NCBI RefSeq assembly: GCF_001194135.2
Contig: NC_068981.1
Coordinates: forward strand, 95,989,523 to 96,022,965
DNA from: Octopus bimaculoides
Lineage: Eukaryota
Length of the DNA stretch: 33,443 nucleotides
Direction of reading: 5' to 3'
The position numbers and the translations under genes were made by a program. The notes under the pieces were generated by a model, which had not been told where the DNA came from, searched no databases, and saw only the letters and a program-made list of their open reading frames with translations. Position 1 is the first letter of the stretch; each line of letters begins with the position of its first letter. This document shows, piece after piece, positions 1 to 10,000 of the stretch.

Positions 1-491
1 CCACAAGCGTCAACACGACTTTCTATGTACACCAATCCAAACCACCGCGGCACATCTCTCTCTTCGATTCTGTTAGGTGACTTAGCTTCACCACGATAAA
101 TAAACAGACAAGAAATCTCAGCCAGCGACGAACAAGAATCACGGCCCGGCATCGATGCCACGACATCACAACTAGTGATCAGCTCTGCCACACACAGCCT
201 CAACTACTCTCATATACAGACTTTTCCTATTGTGTACTATAAGAACTGGCATAATTGCTCACGTGTTACTGACTCTTTCTATTGGCTGTAATAACTCACA
301 TACACATACATGTATCACTCACATACATACTTTTCTTTGTATGACGGCCTGTCTTTGATTATGTTCTTATATGTCGCATTCACACTCTCACACTCACATA
401 CATCTTTAATGCTACAATAAATATTTCTGTTATTCATCTCATACGGTTGTGGTCTTTCATTACTGGTCATCTATGTTATCGTAGTATAACA
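1..491 (+). mobile_element. Possible 3' portion of a solo LTR
   Basis: Non-microsatellite block with an AATAAA near 416-421 that ends in ...GTATAACA at 491, an LTR-like ACA terminus. The 5' TGT end would lie outside the window; no PBS or PPT seen. Confidence 0.3.
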
Positions 492-1228
492 TATTATGTA
501 TATCATCATTTGATATATAATTTTGTGTTCGACCGTGTGACACGTTTAAATAAAAGGAGTCCTCTGTTTTTCCATTCGTCACCATTTCTCCTTTTTGAGT
601 TCGCAGGGTCGTTCCNNNNNNNNNNNNNNNNNNNNNNNNNNNNNNNNNNNNNNNNNNNNNNNNNNNNNNNNNNNNNNNNNNNNNNNNNNNNNNNNNNNNN
701 NNNNNNNNNNNNNNNNNNNNNNNNNNNNNNNNNNNNNNNNNNNNNNNNNNNNNNNNNNNNNNNNNNNNNNNNNNNNNNNNNNNNNNNNNNNNNNNNNNNN
801 NNNNNNNNNNNNNNNNNNNNNNNNNNNNNNNNNNNNNNNNNNNNNNNNNNNNNNNNNNNNNNNNNNNNNNNNNNNNNNNNNNNNNNNNNNNNNNNNNNNN
901 NNNNNNNNNNNNNNNNNNNNNNNNNNNNNNNNNNNNNNNNNNNNNNNNNNNNNNNNNNNNNNNNNNNNNNNNNNNNNNNNNNNNNNNNNNNNNNNNNNNN
1001 NNNNNNNNNNNNNNNNNNNNNNNNNNNNNNNNNNNNNNNNNNNNNNNNNNNNNNNNNNNATATAAACAATATATGAGTATATGCATATATATGTACATGT
1101 ATGTATATACGTTCATCCACATGTACATATAGATACATAACTGGGTACATATTACGAACAAGAGATTTCATTTCACGTTCCTCCAGTCCATTCTTAGCTG
1201 CAAATAGCTAACATTCTGGTCCGTCACA

Positions 1229-1375
1229 CTCTGAGTTCAAATTCCGCCGGGGTCGACTTTGCTTTTCATCCTTTCGCGCTCGATAAATTAAATACCAGTG
1301 AAACACTGGGGCCGATGTAATCGACTATCCCCTCCTCCAAATTTTAGGCTTTGTGCCACAGTAGAAAAGATTATT
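1229..1375 (+). mobile_element. 5'-truncated tRNA-derived SINE, family A
   Basis: B-box-like GAGTTCAAATTCC, then the family core GTCGACTTTGCTTTTCATCCTTTCG..CGATAAATTAA.TACCAG and a GTAGAAAAGATTATT tail, shared with the copies at 1394, 1602, 4115 and 31442. Confidence 0.85.
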
Positions 1376-1393
1376 ATTATTGTTGTTGCTGTG

Positions 1394-1576
1394 TAAGGCG
1401 GCGAGTTGGCAGAATCGTTAGCATGCTGGACTAAATGCTTAGCGGCATTTCACCCGTCGTTACGTTCTGAGTTCAAATTCCGCCGAGGTTGACTTTGCCG
1501 ATCATTCTTTCGGGGTCGATAAATTAAGTACCAGTTGCATATTGGGGTCGATCTAATCGACTGCCCCCCCCCCCCA
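1394..1576 (+). mobile_element. tRNA-derived SINE, family A (ends at gap)
   Basis: Head TAAGGCGGCGAGTTGGCAGAATCGTTAGC (A-box), GAGTTCAAATTCC (B-box), core CTTTCGGGGTCGATAAATTAAGTACCAG. Confidence 0.9.
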
Positions 1577-1601
1577 NNNNNNNNNNATTGTTGTTGCTGT
1601 G

Positions 1602-1823
1602 TAAGGCGGCGAGTTGGCAGAATCGTTAGCATGCTGGACTAAATGCTTAGCGGCATTTCACCCGTCGTTACGTTCTGAGTTCAAATTTCGTCAAGGTCGA
1701 CTTTGCCATTCATGCTTTCGGAGTCGATTAAATAAGTACCAGTTACGCACTGGGGTCGATGTAATCGACTTAAACCCTTCTCCCAAATTTGAGGCCTTGT
1801 GCTTCCAGTAGAAAGGATTATTA
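1602..1823 (+). mobile_element. tRNA-derived SINE, family A, near full length
   Basis: Same head, core and tail as the other family A copies; ends GTAGAAAGGATTATT. Confidence 0.9.
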
Positions 1824-1949
1824 CTGTTGCTGTTGTTTTTTTCAAAAGCATTTCCATTAGGAGGCACTTCAATTTATAACTTGGAAATCATTGGGAAATA
1901 GGTTTTCAGGAATCCGGAATTCCGTAACGCAGGGGCATGCGTATAGAAA

Positions 1950-1996
1950 CATACATACATACATACACACATACATACATACATACATACATACAT
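1950..1996. repeat. (TACA)n microsatellite
   Basis: Direct reading. Confidence 0.95.
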
Positions 1997-2461
1997 ACAT
2001 ACATACATACATACATGCGCAGTCACATTCACTCATACATACATATCTATTCGCCAGCGATTATTCTCCATATCTTTTATTCTTCCATTTGACCCTTTAA
2101 GACTATGAAACAATGGATATATAATAATTACACCATTTGCAATTAGAAATGGAACTGACGAGGGCTGTTCGTCTTTCTCCTGTTTGTTTATTTTGTTGGA
2201 CTTCTATTTTAGAAGGCATATAGGTCTCATCTAATGCTTTAACATGTGGCCAACACATGATACAAGTATATAGTATCTACAGAGTTGGTCATAAAAATGA
2301 ATAAGAGTAGAGTTTTCCAGTAATATTATTGTTACTGTTTTCGCTCTTATTATCATAATACGCTTTCTACGATCCTTCTTACTCCTTCTTCCCCTCTTTT
2401 CATTTCCTTCCCTTCCTTTCCACTTCCTTTTCCTCCTCTTCCCCTCCCCAGTCACTACCAC

Positions 2462-2622
2462 CTTCTTCTTCTTCTTCTTCTTCTTCTTCTTCTTGTTGTT
2501 CTTCTTCGTCTTCTTCGTCTTCTTCTTCTTCTTCTTCTTTTTCTTCTTCTTCTTCTTCTTGTTTTTCTTCTTCTTCTTCTTCTTCTTCTTCTTCTTCTTC
2601 TTCTTCTTCTTCTTCTTCTCGT
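2462..2622. repeat. (CTT)n/(GAA)n trinucleotide tract, about 50 units with interruptions
   Basis: Direct reading; it explains the poly-Lys and poly-Phe ORFs. Confidence 0.97.
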
Positions 2623-4114
2623 CTTCATTCATCATCAGTAACATCAGCAACATCAGCAGAAATACTACGCTAAAGTACAATATTCATCACCGTTGTACTT
2701 AAGTGCAACGTTTCTCACGGTTGACGAGGCTATGAGAATTGAAAATGGATCATCGAAATTGCCTTGTTTAATAACACAGTATTTTAATTAAAATTAATTG
2801 TTTAATTTAATTAATTTAAAATAGTTTTCAGCTTTTAATCTTGTCCAACTCTATAATGAAAAAAAAAAAAAAGACAAATGGATGTAATCCCTATTCTGTC
2901 TTCCTCTCTTGCTTATCAATAAAGGGAAAGGGATGAATCAGAGAGTGAGCGAGGAAGCGAGAGAAGGAGGGAGGGATGGACAGAGAGAGAGAGAGAAGCA
3001 AAAAATTTCAGTAATATTGAGGTTGAGAGTGATGATTGTCAGTTGGAGAACAGTGTATCTTTAAACAGAGAAGAGGTCGCCCTCAGTTCAAATTAAGATA
3101 TAAGTACGACGAATACTACAGCTGAGAAATTCGCTCTGAAAAAGCCGGCTCCGTTACTTAGTTTCTGGGTTTGGGTTTAAGCTAAATCGCTTATATTGTT
3201 TTAATACAATTTCCACTCTGCTCAGAATCGTAAATATCTGTATTTAAGAAATATATAGGTTGATCAACACCAGTAGTCACAGTATAAATATTTATACATC
3301 ATATTTCTCGTTTTTGAGTTTGCTATATTGTGTTGACAAAGCTTTCATATTTCTCTCTCTTCCTCCCCCTCTCCCCCTTTCTCTTTCCCGTCTTGCTCGC
3401 TCTTCTTCTGAAGAAGAAACATTAAGAATAAACAGTGGTATTCATCGGTAAAGCCAAGCGAATTTACTTTACATATGTAGTAATTTTAAATGCTGCTAAG
3501 AATTAATGCTAAAAATATTCGCAGTTCAGTTATTGTCAACCGTCTTCCAATGCTTCAAAATGATTATCAAGAAATGTTATATTAACGTATATCAATCTCT
3601 TTTCGCGCGTTACCAATGTTTGAGATTTTTGCCACAAAAGTTCTAATAACGTTCTTCTTTAAACGTTCTGTTATAAGCATTCTAAACAAGAAGAGTTACC
3701 GAAGTTATAATCTTGACGTTTACTACATTTTCAACTGCTACAGATCAAAAGAAGGAGTAAACATAACTTCAAAAGTAAAATATACTTGGAAGCGTTCAAA
3801 GTTAGGTCTTTTGCTTGAAATTATCTGGACAAAGTGAATGTTTATTCAACTAAACCTCTGTTACAGCACGAAAGATATCTATCTATCTATCTATAATTCC
3901 GCTTTTGCCATAGCGGTACCATAATAACCAGTTGTTATTTCACTCAAATGTTACCTCTTCATTTAGCTCTGAGGAAGCTATAAGTTGTCGCACTATCACT
4001 CAACTCTGGGCGCACAGTTCATTATAGTAGAAACAGCTGTAAACTAATGGAAATGGTTGTGTAACTCCATCCTACCCTATTGTCATTTATTAATATACTA
4101 GAGCGTGTGAGCCG

Positions 4115-4540
4115 TAAGGCGGCGAGCTGGCAGAAACGTTAGCACGCCGGGCGAAATGCTTAACGGTAATTCGTCTGCCGCTACGTTCTGTGTTCAAATT
4201 CCGCCAAGGTCGACTTTTCCTTTCATCATTTCGGGGTCGATTAAATAAGTACCAGTTACACACTGGAGTCGATATAATCGACTTAATCCGTTTGTCTGTC
4301 CTTGTTTGTCCCCTCTGTGTTTAGCCCCTGGTGGGCAATAAAGAAATAAGAAACGTTAGCACGAAATGCTTAGCGGTATTTCGTCTGTCTTTACGTTCTG
4401 AGTTCAAATTCCGCCGCGGTTGACTTTGCCTTTCATCTATTCGGGGGTCGATAAATTAAGTACCAGTTGCGCATTGGTTCGATCTAATCGACTGACCCCT
4501 CCCACAAAATTTCGGGACTTGTGCATAGAGTAGAAAATAG
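4115..4540 (+). mobile_element. Tandem dimer of family A SINE (unit 1 4115-4350, unit 2 4351-4540) with different 3' tails
   Basis: Both units carry the head/B-box/core. Unit 1 ends TTGTCCCCTCTGTGTTTAGCCCCTGGTGGGCAATAAAGAAATAAG; unit 2 ends GGGACTTGTGCATAGAGTAGAAAAT. Confidence 0.9.
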
Positions 4541-4587
4541 TGTGTGAACCGTCAATAATAACGGAGCTATTTTTGAAAAAATGTACA

Positions 4588-5060
4588 TGCGTAGAAGTGG
4601 CTGTGTGTTAAGTAGCTTGCTTTCCAACCACATGGTTCCGGGTTCAGTCCCACTGCGTGGCATCTTGGGCAAGTGTCTTCTACTATAGCCTCGGGCCGAC
4701 CAAAGCCTTGTGAGTGGATTTGGTCGACGGACACTGAANNNNNNNNNNNNNNNNNNNNNNNNNNNNNNNNNNNNNNNNNNNNNNNNNNNNNNNNNNNNNN
4801 NNNNNNNNNNNACTGAAAGAAGCCCGTCGTATATATGTATATATGTATGTGTTTGTGTGTCTGTGTTTGTCCCCCCCCCAACATCGCCTGACAACCGATG
4901 CTGGTGTGTTTACGTCCCCGTAACCTAGTGGTTCGGCAAAAGAGACCGATAGAATATGTACTAGGCTTCCAAAGAATAAGTCCTGGGGTCGATTTGCTCG
5001 ACTAAAGGGCGGTGCTCCAGCACGGCCACAGTCAGAAAGACTGAAACAAGTAAAAGAGTA
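4588..5060 (+). mobile_element. tRNA-derived CORE-type SINE (family B, OR-like) with internal microsatellite and RTE-type tail
   Basis: A/B-box head (GTGGCTGTGTGTTAAG...GGTTCAGTCCC), CORE-like ATCTTGGGCAAGTGTCTTC, internal (TA/TG)n, tail GGCGGTGCTCCAGCACGGCCACAGTC...GACTGAAACAAGTAAAAGA. Confidence 0.85.
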
Positions 5061-5087
5061 TGATGAAAGTTGCTAATGAGTGTCTGA

Positions 5088-5152
5088 GGATCATCATCAT
5101 CATCGTTTAACGTCCGCTTTCCATGCTGGCATAGGTTGGACGGTTTGACTGT
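5088..5152 (-). mobile_element. Isolated RTE/Ceph-SINE-type 3' end
   Basis: Minus strand reads CAGTCAAACCGTCCAACCTATGCCAGCATGGAAAGCGGACGTTAAACGATGATGATGATGAT, a structured tail followed by (GAT)n. Confidence 0.7.
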
Positions 5153-5308
5153 AATGTCGTTCATTAATGTATTGTATTATATTATTTTATAAAGTGGCAC
5201 AAACTCAATACCTTCAAATGGTTGTTACAAAAAGATATTTATACAAATACCCAGCGTATTATATATACTGATGTGTGTGTTCTTCCCAGTATTAATTATC
5301 CTCTAGGG

Positions 5309-6346
5309 CAGTGATTCCCAAGGTGGGGCGTACGCCCCACTGGTGGGGCCTGAGAANNNNNNNNNNNNNNNNNNNNNNNNNNNNNNNNNNNNNNNNNNNN
5401 NNNNNNNNNNNNNNNNNNNNNNNNNNNNNNNNNNNNNNNNNNNNNNNNNNNNNNNNNNNNNNNNNNNNNNNNNNNNNNNNNNNNNNNNNNNNNNNNNNNN
5501 NNNNNNNNNNNNNNNNNNNNNNNNNNNNNNNNNNNNNNNNNNNNNNNNNNNNNNNNNNNNNNNNNNNNNNNNNNNNNNNNNNNNNNNNNNNNNNNNNNNN
5601 NNNNNNNNNNNNNNNNNNNNNNNNNNNNNNNNNNNNNNNNNNNNNNNNNNNNNNNNNNNNNNNNNNNNNNNNNNNNNNNNNNNNNNNNNNNNNNNNNNNN
5701 NNNNNNNNNNNNNNNNNNNNNNNNNNNNNNNNNNNNNNNNNNNNNNNNNNNNNNNNNNNNNNNNNNNNNNNNNNNNNNNNNNNNNNNNNNNNNNNNNNNN
5801 NNNNNNNNNNNNNNNNNNNNNNNNNNNNNNNNNNNNNNNNNNNNNNNNNNNNNNNNNNNNNNNNNNNNNNNNNNNNNNNNNNNNNNNNNNNNNNNNNNNN
5901 NNNNNNNNNNNNNNNNNNNNNNNNNNNNNNNNNNNNNNNNNNNNNNNNNNNNNNNNNNNNNNNNNNNNNNNNNNNNNNNNNNNNNNNNNNNNNNNNNNNN
6001 NNNNNNNNNNNNNNNNNNNNNNNNNNNNNNNNNNNNNNNNNNNNNNNNNNNNNNNNNNNNNNNNNNNNNNNNNNNNNNNNNNNNNNNNNNNNNNNNNNNN
6101 NNNNNNNNNNNNNNNNNNNNNNNNNNNNNNNNNNNNNNNNNNNNNNNNNNNNNNNNNNNNNNNNNNNNNNNNNNNNNNNNNNNNNNNNNNNNNNNNNNNN
6201 NNNNNNNNNNNNNNNNNNNNNNNNNNNNNNNNNNNNNNNNNNNNNNNNNNNNNNNNNNNNNNNNNNNNNNNNNNNNNNNNNNNNNNNNNNNNNNNNTTTT
6301 GCTATGAAAAAGTGGGGCGCCGGGAAAAAAAGGTTGGGAAACACTG
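5309..6346. mobile_element. hAT (Charlie/Buster-type) DNA transposon, interior in gap
   Basis: TIRs CAGTGATTCCCAA (5309-5321) and TTGGGAAACACTG (6334-6346) match 12/13. Exact 8-bp TSD CTCTAGGG at 5301-5308 and 6347-6354, close to the NTCTAGAN target preference. Confidence 0.92.
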
Positions 6347-6783
6347 CTCTAGGGGATACCAGATATTCAATGTGTGTGTGTGTGTGAGTGTGTGTAACAG
6401 ATTCAAATTTTTATTTACTTATGATTCCCGCCAAACTAGCGACAGTGAAGTTCTGACTTCTAGTAAATTAATAAATTTTATTTCTTTTGAATTTTGTTTT
6501 CCTCTTTTACACAGATGCACACACACAAGCACGCATGGTCGCACGCATGCACGCACACACGCACGCACACGCACACGCACACACACACGTGCACACACAG
6601 CCATACCCACATACACACACTCATACACACGCACACGCTCACACAATCACTCTTTCTCTCTCTCCCCCTTTGTCTTTCTCATACACAGATGTGCATACAA
6701 GTGTATGTATGGTTATACATATGAAGAGGAGTATTTACTTTATGTCACCGAATATTATTTGATTCATTCTATACTGCACGTGA

Positions 6784-6854
<71 letters not shown>

Positions 6855-7231
6855 NNNNNNNNNNNNNNNNNNNNNNNNNNNNNNNNNNNNNNNNNNNNNN
6901 NNNNNNNNNNNNNNNNNNNNNNNNNNNNNNNNNNNNNNNNNNNNNNNNNNNNNNNNNNNNNNNNNNNNNNNNNNNNNNNNNNNNNNNNNNNNNNNNNNNN
7001 NNNNNNNNNNNNNNNNNNNNNNNNNNNNNNNNNNNNNNNNNNNNNNNNNNNNNNNNNNNNNNNNNNNNNNNNNNNNNNNNNNNNNNNNNNNNNNNNNNNN
7101 NNNNNNNNNNNNNNNNNNNNNNNNNNNNNNNNNNNNNNNNNNNNNNNNNNNNNNNNNNNNNNNNNNNNNNNNNNNNNNNNNNNNNNNNNNNNNNNNNNNN
7201 NNNNNNNNNNNNNNNNNNNNNNNNNNNNNNN

Positions 7232-7269
<38 letters not shown>

Positions 7270-7404
7270 ATAATTTTAAAAAAACGTGTAGTAAATAAAC
7301 AAACTAATATATACTAAATACACAGGCGAAAAAAAGACACAGAAGGTCACTGATTCTTCATCAGTTATTGGCCAAAGGGTCAGATGAAATTTCAGCTATC
7401 ATTT

Positions 7405-7480
7405 TCATTTTTCATTTTGTCTAGTTTCAGCTCATGAGCTGTGGCCATGCTGGGGCACCGCCATTTGGTGTTGCTACACA
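7405..7480 (-). mobile_element. Isolated RTE-type 3' tail fragment
   Basis: Minus strand GGCGGTGCCCCAGCATGGCCACAGCTCATGAGCTGAAACTAG followed by (AAAATG)n, homologous to the family B SINE tail. Confidence 0.7.
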
Positions 7481-7902
7481 ATTTTACTTCACAGAGAGAG
7501 AAAGCGTTTAGGAACATTTTACAGCAAGAGTACAACATTTTGAAAAATACCGAAAAACTGTTACATTACTCAAATTTGCAACTATTCATGTATTCTAATA
7601 AAATACTGGATATATAGAGTTTATCTTATGTCACACCCAAATCTGAATGTCAAATAAATAAACGCCAGTTGTTACAAACTTTCTGTAATTTCTGTTTATC
7701 TACAGACTAAGATTGTTTATATTTACTTATATAATTTTCCTATGACGTTTCTGTCATATTTACTACGGTCTCTTCTCTTCTCTCGATGGTTCTGCACTAC
7801 TAAGAACCTTTCAGCAGTTCATTCCTCAATTATAACGCCGAATTTTCTATCACCATTGTTCCCGATCCATATACCTCAACAATGTAATACAGTCTTTCAT
7901 CT

Positions 7903-7970
7903 GTTATCTTTTATTTTTTATTTGTTTCAGTCATTATTCTGCGGCCATGCTGGGACACCGCCTTGAAAAG
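7903..7970 (-). mobile_element. RTE-type SINE/LINE 3' tail fused directly to the U6 3' end
   Basis: Minus strand TTCAAGGCGGTGTCCCAGCATGGCCGCAGAATAATGACTGAAACAAATAAAAAATAAAAGATA; compare the SINE tail at 25431-25488. Confidence 0.88.
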
Positions 7971-8076
7971 AAATATGGAACGCTTTACGAATTTGCGTGT
8001 CATCCTTGTGCAGGGGCCATGCTAATCATCCCTGTTTCGTTCTACATTTTTGTGCATAAACTGCTGAAGCAAGTAC
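7971..8076 (-). pseudogene. U6: Full-length U6 snRNA pseudogene (retrocopy)
   Basis: Minus strand GTACTTGCTTCAGCAG...GATTAGCATGGCCCCTGCACAAGGATGACACGCAAATTCGTAAAGCGTTCCATATTT. The 3' 57 nt match canonical U6 at 55/57. The ACAGAGA box is mutated to ACAGGGA and the 5' part is diverged. Confidence 0.95.
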
Positions 8077-8231
8077 AATCGTTCATATCTCTCATTTATG
8101 GTAGAGTATTTCAAACAATATTAACATTTCAAATGGAAGCATAAATTTTGCCGCACGTTTGCACTCTCGCCTTGCTTCACCGGAGAGGCCTAAAGCAGTA
8201 TTCGGTTGGGGTTGACCGTTCCTCATTAGAT

Positions 8232-8975
8232 CAGATGTGGCTGCATGATTAATAAGTTCACTTCGCAACCACGTGGTTTCCCATTCAGTCTTATTACTTT
8301 GCACCTTGGGTAACTATCTTCTACTACAACCCCAGGACCGTTCAATACCTTGTGAGTGAATTTGGACGATTATATATATATATNNNNNNNNNNNNNNNNN
8401 NNNNNNNNNNNNNNNNNNNNNNNNNNNNNNNNNNNNNNNNNNNNNNNNNNNNNNNNNNNNNNNNNNNNNNNNNNNNNNNNNNNNNNNNNNNNNNNNNNNN
8501 NNNNNNNNNNNNNNNNNNNNNNNNNNNNNNNNNNNNNNNNNNNNNNNNNNNNNNNNNNNNNNNNNNNNNNNNNNNNNNNNNNNNNNNNNNNNNNNNNNNN
8601 NNNNNNNNNNNNNNNNNNNNNNNNNNNNNNNNNNNNNNNNNNNNNNNNNNNNNNNNNNNNNNNNNNNNNNNNNNNNNNNNNNNNNNNNNNNNNNNNNNNN
8701 NNNNNNNNNNNNNNNNNNNNNNNNNNNNNNNNNNNNNNNNNNNNNNNNNNNNNNNNNNNNNNNNNNNNNNNNNNNNNNNNNNNNNNNNNNNNNNNNNNNN
8801 NNNNNNNNNNNNNNNNNNNNNNNNNNNNNNNNNNNNNNNNNNNNNNNNNNNNNNNNNNNNNNNNNNNNNNNNNNNNNNNNNNNNNNNNNNNNNNNNNNNN
8901 NNNNNNNNNNNNNNNNNNNNNNNNNNNNNNNNNNNNNNNNNNNNNNNNNNNNNNNNNNNNNNNNNNNNNNNNNNN

Positions 8976-9008
<33 letters not shown>

Positions 9009-9250
9009 ATATTTGAATGTGCGTGTGTATGTATATATGTATGCGTGTGCGTGTCTTTGTGTTTGTTCCACCGCCGCTTAACAACCGGTATTAGCTTCTT
9101 TATGTTCCCGTAACCTAGCAGTTCAGCAAAAGAAAACCGATAGAATACCAGACTTTTACAAAAGATTATGTCCTGGAGTCGATTTGTTCTACAAAACTCT
9201 CAATGCAGAGCCCCAGACGAATGACTTAAACAAATAAACAAATAAAAGAC
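8232..9250 (+). mobile_element. Family B CORE-type SINE, diverged, with gap at the internal microsatellite
   Basis: Head GATGTGGCTGCATG...CAACCACGTGG, CORE-like CACCTTGGGTAACTATCTTC; after the gap CCCGTAACCTAGCAGTTCAGCAAAAG and tail AATGACTTAAACAAATAAA. Confidence 0.8.
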
Positions 9251-9399
9251 AGGTTGTTTTTGCGAATAGCCAGAAAAAATTGTCACCAAAGAGATAACTC
9301 ATATAAGAGGGGAACTGTGAATGCAAAGAAAGAGAAGGAAATTATGTAGGTGCTATATTATGTCTTTAAGTAAGATAATTAAATCTCCATATATCCATA

Positions 9400-10000
9400 T
9401 TTCCAAAATTTTCTGAAGCTTTACATTACAATAATAAAATTGTGAGAAAAGTATTTTACTGCTTCCACAAATCAAAAGTCTCAATAAACACTTTATCCAA
9501 TTTGTTTAATAGCATTTCATATCAAACATGTTGAAGCCTTTTATGAAAGGCATCGTATTTAGCATTTTAGTGGTGAAAATAGTGCTTGACTTGTGGTACG
9601 AAACAACAGTTGTGTTGTTCAAGCCAAGAGTAATTTAAATGCAACAATTCCGCCATTGATTGTAAGATTCCAAATAGATGTGTACCATTTTTGAACCACT
9701 GTTTTCCGGTTGTTTCGGGGAAGGGGTTTCGTCGAGACAGTGATCTCCAGTACTTTGACAGCCTGCCACAACTCTCACCAGAAAAGTGAAGAGCAACTGT
9801 GAAAAGCCAATAACGATAGCTGAGCTACAGATGCACTGAAATAACTGGGCAAACTGAAAATTGCTTGCTTTGAGTGGTTTCCTGACTACAAACTTTGTGC
9901 CCGCAACTGGCAGCAAACCAGAAGCATTTCCAGTTATGTGCCCTGAAGAGTGATGGAGTTGTGGACGAAGGGCGTGAACTTCATCGAACATTTCTAAGCC
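9400..10000 (-). mobile_element. Highly decayed LINE RT fragment (CR1/Jockey group)
   Basis: Frameshifted minus-strand peptides resemble RT motifs: ...LFQCICSSAIVI..., C-KVLE, and ...HKRLQHV*YEMLLNKLDK (KAFDxVxHxxLLxKL-like). Confidence 0.35.

Noticed and set aside
2150-2185. CTGACGA followed by a weak GGGC/GTCT stem
   Set aside because: No GAAA follows the stem, so it is not a hammerhead.
2231-2702. Poly-Lys and poly-Phe ORFs
   Set aside because: Both are readings of the (CTT)n tract; no other coding signal.
8090-8140. CATAAAT upstream of U6 as a TATA box of a functional U6 gene
   Set aside because: It is non-consensus and closer than the usual position, no PSE is recognisable, and the mutated ACAGAGA box plus the fused retro-tail favour a retrocopy.
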